Below are positions 47,711 through 53,393 of a stretch of 53,393 nucleotides of DNA, piece by piece. Position 1 is the stretch's first letter. Each line of letters starts with the position of its first letter. The DNA is from an uncultured Acidimicrobiaceae bacterium. Its GTDB lineage: Bacteria; Actinomycetota; Acidimicrobiia; Acidimicrobiales; Poriferisodalaceae. The stretch is from the NCBI GenBank assembly GCA_913020735.1, contig CAJWBN010000001.1:1-53393 (forward strand), read 5' to 3'. A program made the translations under genes and the position numbers. A model generated the notes under the pieces. That model ran no database searches. It had not been told where the DNA came from and was given only the letters and a program-made list of their open reading frames with translations.

Positions 47711-48880
47711 TTAAGGAGTCACGGTTTCGTAGATAGCCCGTTCGAAGTCTTCTAAGAGTTCTGCTACTTGAGGAATCATGAAAGGAAGTGTCTGAGTCAT
47801 TAAGAGTGCTCCGAATCCGACTGTCGGGTCGATCCAGAAGTGGGTGTTGCATAACCCGGCCCAACTGAGTGAGCCCTTTCGGCGGCCCTGCTCAACAGCA
47901 GTTTCGTTGATTTGAAATGTGAGTCCCCAGGATTTGGGGACTCCTGTCATGAACTCAAAGTCGGCGCTTATCTTTTGGTTGTGAGATGTGACGGCCGATA
48001 CCCGTAATTCGTTCATGTTGTTGCTCGTCATCAGCGAAATGGTCTCGGGTGAAAGTAGCTGCTGGCCGGCTAGTTCTCCGTCGCGTAAGAGCATTTGGAT
48101 AAATTTTGCGTAATCGGTTGCTGTGGAGAATAGACCGCCACCGCCGCTGTCGAATTCAGGCTGCCGTTTCGGCTTGCTCGACTCTAGAGCCGTCCAGTTA
48201 CCTTCTTTTAGTACGTGAGTAGCTGCTCGACGTTCCTCCATGTCTGGGTGACATGTGTAAGCAGTGTCTACCAGTTCTAGGGGATCGAAAATCTCTTTTT
48301 GCATCCATGCTGCAAGTGGCATACCAGTCGCTACTTCTAGTAGCTGACCGGCCCAATCGATCCCAATTCCGTATTCCCAACGCGTCCCGGGGTCGAATGA
48401 AAGTGGCTGATGCAAAGAAGCAAGTTTGCCGCTGCCGGTTATCGGATTTCCGGTGTGGTCTTTCCAAGCCGCCATGTCAGAGTTCCAAACTTCATAAGTA
48501 AATCCAGAGGTATGGGTCAGAAGGTTTCGCAGAGTTACTGGCTGATTCGGACTACGCAGAACTGGCCCGCTTTCGTTGAATCCCTCGAGGACCTGAACCT
48601 CTCCAAGCCAGGGGCATATCTCCGAAGCAGGCTGATCGAGTTCCAGTAAGCCGCGTTCAACGGCCTGCATACATGCTGCGCCGGTTATTGGCTTTGTCAT
48701 TGAAGCGATCTGGAAGACCGTGTCCTCGGTCATCGGCCTCTGGGTTGCCTCAGATCTCACTCCGTGAGAGCGAATGCTTACTAGCCCATCTCGGTTGACT
48801 ACAGCAGCTACAGCCCCGGGGATGATCTTATTCTCGACTGCTTTAGTGATGCAGCTATCAATAACCTGATCTACGGACAC
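47711..48880 (-). CDS. Serine hydrolase, beta-lactamase/class C esterase family
   Basis: IASMTK (SxxK), LLTHTSG, WEYG, SGGGGL, WAG; GTG 48880 overlaps the upstream stop by 1 nt (ORF track starts at 48901). Confidence 0.88.
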   Translation of the reverse strand: MSVDQVIDSCITKAVENKIIPGAVAAVVNRDGLVSIRSHGVRSEATQRPMTEDTVFQIASMTKPITGAACMQAVERGLLELDQPASEICPWLGEVQVLEGFNESGPVLRSPNQPVTLRNLLTHTSGFTYEVWNSDMAAWKDHTGNPITGSGKLASLHQPLSFDPGTRWEYGIGIDWAGQLLEVATGMPLAAWMQKEIFDPLELVDTAYTCHPDMEERRAATHVLKEGNWTALESSKPKRQPEFDSGGGGLFSTATDYAKFIQMLLRDGELAGQQLLSPETISLMTSNNMNELRVSAVTSHNQKISADFEFMTGVPKSWGLTFQINETAVEQGRRKGSLSWAGLCNTHFWIDPTVGFGALLMTQTLPFMIPQVAELLEDFERAIYETVTP

Positions 48881-49806
48881 TATTTCAGAGCCTCTCGCCA
48901 AGGTGACGCGTCGATTCCCCGATACCGGTCTTCTAAGGCGTCGATAAGTTCAACTGTCCAAAATGGATGACCGGGTTTCGGAGCGCCGAACAGAGCCAGT
49001 TCTTCGGGGGTGCAACTTGCGGCAAACTTTGACCACGGACCACGATTCGCATTCTGTTGAAAACTGTCAAACCCAATCCACTCATGATGAGCATGTTTAA
49101 ACGCGATGTTCATCAAAAACCTGGAGCCACCTTCTCGAGTTAGGTTCACTCCTCGATGCCATACATCTGTGCGGTAGGCAAGGTATGACCCTCGGCGGCC
49201 AGCTGCAGAGTGAGGTTCGGTGCCGGGCGGAGAATCACCAAGACTGAGTATCTCAGTTGGCCCTACTCCATCTTCGACATCGGAAAGATACAAAAACCCA
49301 AGCATGTTCCACCAACCTGGTTCGACGCGATCGGGGACGATCGTGTGATTGCGGTCTTGGTGGAAAGGCTGCTCGTAGTCGGTGACACCGGTGTATTTGC
49401 CCCATATGCGTGCTTGGTAGAGCCGAATGTCCTCTGAATTCATGGCTCGTTGGGCGAAGTCAACTACCCGTGGATGGATTTGAAGCCGATTCAGTAGGTG
49501 CGAATCATATGGGAAGAGTACGTGTCCTAAGAACTGACGTAGACGGAATTCTCTGCCGACCGCATCTTCTTCGTTTAGTCCGTGCGATGATCCCTGTCGG
49601 GAAGGTTGATAACGCTCGTCGGTGCTGCCGGTTTCGAAATGAGCAATGGCTTCGGGGTCACCGGAGTGATAATCGGATGGACGGGGAAAATGTCCCCAGA
49701 GCTCTTCTACAGCTGCATCTATTTCTTCTGCCGGCACCAAGTCGTGGACAACAGTCCAGCCTTGGGTTCGCCACTCCTCAGCACAGGCTTCAATATCGGT
49801 ACTCAC
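48880..49806 (-). CDS. PhyH-family Fe(II)/2-oxoglutarate dioxygenase
   Basis: WRTQGWTVV N-terminus, HQD...VWHRG facial triad, downstream Arg. Confidence 0.8.
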   Translation of the reverse strand: MSTDIEACAEEWRTQGWTVVHDLVPAEEIDAAVEELWGHFPRPSDYHSGDPEAIAHFETGSTDERYQPSRQGSSHGLNEEDAVGREFRLRQFLGHVLFPYDSHLLNRLQIHPRVVDFAQRAMNSEDIRLYQARIWGKYTGVTDYEQPFHQDRNHTIVPDRVEPGWWNMLGFLYLSDVEDGVGPTEILSLGDSPPGTEPHSAAGRRGSYLAYRTDVWHRGVNLTREGGSRFLMNIAFKHAHHEWIGFDSFQQNANRGPWSKFAASCTPEELALFGAPKPGHPFWTVELIDALEDRYRGIDASPWREALK

Positions 49807-49842
49807 TGTTCGGCAGGCTAGTTGGGTTCAAGCGCTTCGACG

Positions 49843-50610
49843 TTAACGAGCGCCCTGCGCATCGTGAACTCGGATAGTTGCGCCGGTCACGAAGTCAGAC
49901 GATGGCGATACTAGGTAGAGCAAAGTGCCGTCTAATTGGGAGGGCTTGCCCAGTCTCTTACGTGGAAAGCCATGAGTTATATCGCCCATTCTTTCGAGCA
50001 TGCCGTCCATCATTTCGCTTTCGAATGCTCCTGGCGCAATGCAATTGACGTTCACGTCGTATCTTGCAAACTCTAAGGCCAACATTTCGGTCATGCGAAC
50101 AACTGCGCTCTTCGTAATCGCGTACCAGGAGGTCCCCACGCCAGCGCTGAAAGCGGCACCTGAGGCTATGTTGACGATTCGACCTGGGAGTTGTGCTTCT
50201 TTAAGACGTCGAGTGACTTCACTTGCGAGGTGAAATAAAGATGTCAGGTTTGTGGCCACCATTTCATCCACAAATGAAGGATCCATATTTAGTGCGAGTT
50301 CAGCGTCAGGTTTGCCAGCGTTGTTTACGAGAATTTGGATGGGTCCGAGTTCGTTTTCTACGTGACCCACTGCGGCGAAGAGAGCATCTGTGTCTGTGAC
50401 GTCTAGAGGAACAGGCAATACATTGGCGCCAGTACTCTCCAGCTCAGCTGCGAGTGCTTCGAGTCGTTCAACGCGTCGTCCTGCTATCGCAACATTGGCT
50501 CCACAAGCGGCTAACACTTGAGCGAATCTGTAGCCCAGTCCAGAAGTAGTACCGGTAACAAAAGCAGTCTGCCCGCTCAGATCAGTCGAAAAATTTGGAA
50601 TATCTGACAT
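49843..50610 (-). CDS. Short-chain dehydrogenase/reductase
   Basis: TGTTSGLG, NNAG, YAITK, VNCIAPG. Confidence 0.9.
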   Translation of the reverse strand: MSDIPNFSTDLSGQTAFVTGTTSGLGYRFAQVLAACGANVAIAGRRVERLEALAAELESTGANVLPVPLDVTDTDALFAAVGHVENELGPIQILVNNAGKPDAELALNMDPSFVDEMVATNLTSLFHLASEVTRRLKEAQLPGRIVNIASGAAFSAGVGTSWYAITKSAVVRMTEMLALEFARYDVNVNCIAPGAFESEMMDGMLERMGDITHGFPRKRLGKPSQLDGTLLYLVSPSSDFVTGATIRVHDAQGAR

Positions 50611-50703
50611 GGGGTTCCTCCAGAAAAGTACGTATTGCTCTTCCTCTGTTTAGGCGCAGAAGGAATGGTCGTCTAATCGAGTCGAGACGAATTAGGGTGC
50701 GCG

Positions 50704-51483
50704 ATGGTGAATGACCCATTAATTCTCGAAGCAGGAAGAGTTAGAGATGGCACTCGAGCTCTAGTTACCGGCGGAGGATCCGGCATCGGCCGGTCAATAG
50801 CGGCAGCGTTACAGTCTGCAGGGGCCAGTGTTGTCGTATGCGACGCGGACTCCTCGACTAACCCTGATTTTGTGGTGGATGTAGTGGAAGAAGCTGCTGT
50901 CCAGCAAATGTTTGCATCTATAAAACAAGATTTAGGCGGTTTAGACGTCCTAGTAAATAACGTAGGGATCGCTGGTCCAGCGGGATTAGTGGATGAAATC
51001 CCTAGCGATGCTTTCGACCAGGTCTTAGAAGTGAATGTCGGCGGAACTTTTCGGGTTACCAGACAAGCGGTACCGCTGTTACGGACTTCCGGGGGAGGAC
51101 TCATAGTCAACATAGCTTCGACTGCGGGAATCTTCCCTTACCCGTATCGATCGCCTTATGTTGCTTCGAAATGGGCGATGGTTGGTCTCGGGCAAAGTTG
51201 GGCAATGGAATTGGGTGAGGACAATATTCGTGTCAACGTCATTTGTCCTGGATCTGTAGGCGGGCCTCGGATGGACCAAGTGATAGAGCGAGAGGCTGAG
51301 GCAACAGGGGTAGATGAGTCGGTTCTTCGTAGCGGTTATGAAAGCCAGGTTTCAATGAGCCGGTTCATGGATCCAGCCGATATTGCGGGTGCGGTTGTGT
51401 ACATGGCCTCACCGGCTGGCCGGCATGTCTCGGGTCAAGTGCTTTCTGTAGATGGAGCGACCGAGACTTTGCGAAGTTACTGA
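50704..51483 (+). CDS. Short-chain dehydrogenase/reductase
   Basis: TGGGSGIG, NNVG, YVASK, RVNVICPG. Confidence 0.9.
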   Translation: MVNDPLILEAGRVRDGTRALVTGGGSGIGRSIAAALQSAGASVVVCDADSSTNPDFVVDVVEEAAVQQMFASIKQDLGGLDVLVNNVGIAGPAGLVDEIPSDAFDQVLEVNVGGTFRVTRQAVPLLRTSGGGLIVNIASTAGIFPYPYRSPYVASKWAMVGLGQSWAMELGEDNIRVNVICPGSVGGPRMDQVIEREAEATGVDESVLRSGYESQVSMSRFMDPADIAGAVVYMASPAGRHVSGQVLSVDGATETLRSY

Positions 51484-51543
51484 GCAGCGAACGTTGCTAT
51501 AGGGCACACTCTTGGGGTCCTTTACTTATCAGGAGCTACCAAA

Positions 51544-52194
51544 GTGAATGTCACCGAAGCCACTCAGCGGAGAGCGTCAATCAGGTCTTTCCTTCCCGAT
51601 CACGTAACCGATGAGCAGATCAGGGAACTCTTGGAGGTAGCGTCACGCGCTCCTTCAGGAGGAAATGTCCAGCCTTGGCGTATCTACGTCATTAACGGCG
51701 ATTCCATGGAACGCTTCAGGTCCTTCATATCAAGTCGGAGTCCTGGGGACTCTGAATATCCGGTATACCCACCGAGCCTCCAAGACCCGTATCGAACTAA
51801 TCGTTATGAACTAGGTGAAGCGATGTACGAGAAGCTTGGAATTCCTCGGGAAGATAAACCAGCTCGATTTGCTCACCTTGCTCGGAATTTCGATTTTTTT
51901 GGAGCACCGGCAGCTTTCTTCTGTTTCATTGAAAGAAACATGGGTTCAGCCCAGTGGTCGGACCTAGGAATGTTTTTGCAGACCTTCATGCTGTTAGCCG
52001 TTGAGGCTGGTTTGGATACATGTCCTCAGGAGGCTTGGGCCAACCATTGGTCAGCAGTACAAGAATTTTGCGGTGCCCCAGAACAAGAGATGCTCTTTTG
52101 TGGGATGGCCATAGGGAAACGCGACGAGTCAAATCCTGTTAATAGTTTGAGAAGTGACCGAATGGTGGTCGACCAATGGGCTACCTGGCTGTAA
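51544..52194 (+). CDS. Nitroreductase-family flavoprotein
   Basis: RRASIRSF, RAPSGGNVQPW, FFGAP, DLGMFLQTFML. Confidence 0.9.
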   Translation: MNVTEATQRRASIRSFLPDHVTDEQIRELLEVASRAPSGGNVQPWRIYVINGDSMERFRSFISSRSPGDSEYPVYPPSLQDPYRTNRYELGEAMYEKLGIPREDKPARFAHLARNFDFFGAPAAFFCFIERNMGSAQWSDLGMFLQTFMLLAVEAGLDTCPQEAWANHWSAVQEFCGAPEQEMLFCGMAIGKRDESNPVNSLRSDRMVVDQWATWL

Positions 52195-52204
52195 GGAGTA
52201 GAAC

Positions 52205-52858
52205 ATGAATGACATCTACGAAATGATGAGCACCTTGCGGGCCGTGCGCCGGCTCCGCCCTGATCCCATCCCTGATGAGGTCCTCAATCGTGTTTTACAG
52301 GCAGCAGCGTGGGCTCCGACAGGCGGCAATATGCAACCGTGGCGCGTAATCGTTGTGAGTAGCCCGGAACGCAAAAAGGCGCTGGCCGATATTTATGGGC
52401 CAGCCTGGTATCGATATGCAAAAGGTTATGACGAACGACTTAAACAGCTCCCGCCGGATGAAGCTGAAAAAGCTCGTAGAAACAGGGTCGCGGGTGACTA
52501 TTTGGCTGACCACTTAGCTGATTCTCCCTCCATTTTGATGTTTGTTGCTGACCCCAAAATGATGGCCATAACTGATGCGAAATTAGATCGAATTTCGATG
52601 GTTGGCGGTGGTTCGGTCTACACAGCGGTTCAGAACGCGATGTTGGCTGCGCGGACTGAGGGTCTGGGCTGTGTCCTGACCACCCTGCATTGTTTAGCGG
52701 AGGAAGAAGTCAAGACGGCTTTAGAAATCCCGAACGACTGGGCAACCCTGGCGATGGTTCCTCTGGGGTACCCGATTGGCGCTGGCCATGGCAGCATTAC
52801 GCGACAACCCCCTGAAGTGCTGGCGTTTGATGATGCTTTCGGGGTTGCCTGGAGTTGA
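52205..52858 (+). CDS. Nitroreductase-family flavoprotein (second, distinct subgroup)
   Basis: RAVRRLRPDP, WAPTGGNMQPW, AVQNAMLAARTEGLG, LGYP. Confidence 0.9.
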   Translation: MNDIYEMMSTLRAVRRLRPDPIPDEVLNRVLQAAAWAPTGGNMQPWRVIVVSSPERKKALADIYGPAWYRYAKGYDERLKQLPPDEAEKARRNRVAGDYLADHLADSPSILMFVADPKMMAITDAKLDRISMVGGGSVYTAVQNAMLAARTEGLGCVLTTLHCLAEEEVKTALEIPNDWATLAMVPLGYPIGAGHGSITRQPPEVLAFDDAFGVAWS

Positions 52859-53393
52859 ATCCACCAGCTACTCGGACGCCAACTGTCTTTTCAGTTAGCG
52901 AAATCAGAGATGACGAACCGAGGGCAGGTCAAGCAGCGCCCTCTCATATGTTGCCGTTGGTTGTAATGGCAATCGTTGTGGTGGTTTGGGGCTTAGGCCC
53001 GCCTACCACGAAGCTGGTGACAGCACCTCCGCTTATCGGGACGTTCGTGCGTTTCGGTATCTCGTCACCGCTTCTCATCGTTGTCTTGGCAGCAAGGCGA
53101 AGGGTCTTGTCGCGGAAGGTTTTCATAGCAACCGCTTTGCCTGGGCTTTCTTTCGGCATCAATTTGATATTTGTTTTCGCGACTTTGCAAGAAGCAACGG
53201 TTTCGGTGTTGTCGACAGTGGTGGCGATGCAGCCTGCACTCTTATTGGTGCTTGCAGGGCCATTATTTCGTGAATATCCGACTAGTCGGCAACTTGCGTT
53301 CACCTTGGCTGGAGTTGTAGGCGCCGTTGGTGTAATTCTTGGCGCAGGTTCGGAGATTCGATCTTCTTGGCTGGGTGTGGGCTTAGCAGCGCT
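52855..53393 (+). CDS. EamA/DMT-family transporter, N-terminal part (runs off window end; not in ORF track)
   Basis: Open frame from TTG 52855 (or ATG 52948): MLPLVVMAIVVVVWGLGPPTTK...FVRF...AMQPALLLVLAGPLFRE; hydrophobic, with DMT-type WG, RF and P...E motifs. Confidence 0.8.
   Translation, partial: MNPPATRTPTVFSVSEIRDDEPRAGQAAPSHMLPLVVMAIVVVVWGLGPPTTKLVTAPPLIGTFVRFGISSPLLIVVLAARRRVLSRKVFIATALPGLSFGINLIFVFATLQEATVSVLSTVVAMQPALLLVLAGPLFREYPTSRQLAFTLAGVVGAVGVILGAGSEIRSSWLGVGLAA

Noticed and set aside
44300-48880. MBL-fold and SxxK proteins as antibiotic-resistance beta-lactamases
   Set aside because: No evident signal peptides; motifs fit broad cytoplasmic hydrolase families. Resistance cannot be claimed from sequence.
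52944-53303. 119-aa minus-strand ORF and 95-aa plus-strand ORF (52986-53273) at the window end
   Set aside because: Both overlap a better + strand frame encoding a DMT/EamA transporter that runs off the window.

Overview
Bacterial chromosomal window, most likely from an Acidimicrobiia-type actinobacterium. Evidence: actinobacterial gene order and protein styles, plsX next to acpP, many TAnnnT leaderless-type starts, and GC only about 50-55% by eye, as in marine lineages. Positions 1-32.4 kb are conserved core genes, almost all on the + strand: plsX(3' end)-acpP-rnc-Fpg-like-smc-ftsY-ffh-rpsP-khpA-rimM-trmD-rplS, xerC, rpsB-tsf-pyrH-frr-cdsA-dxr-rseP-ispG, rimP-nusA-infB-rbfA-truB-ribF-rpsO-pnp-dapB. 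A small lipid/redox insertion lies between dapB and dapA-rnj-ftsK. The last 10 kb is an accessory run of catabolic/detox enzymes and transporters. I see no rRNA, tRNA, CRISPR, IS or prophage, and no clear new multi-gene defence or mobile system. The best leads are: (1) a full-length Fpg/MutM homologue in which essentially every catalytic and DNA-contact residue is replaced; (2) candidate structured RNAs in the plsX-acpP and nusA-infB spacers; (3) a CdsA with a ~390-aa acidic disordered N-terminus; (4) an RNase J with a substituted Zn ligand; (5) an operator-controlled ferritin-like diiron enzyme locus; (6) Xer-like half-sites upstream of xerC. All calls come from motif recognition by eye; no searches were run.
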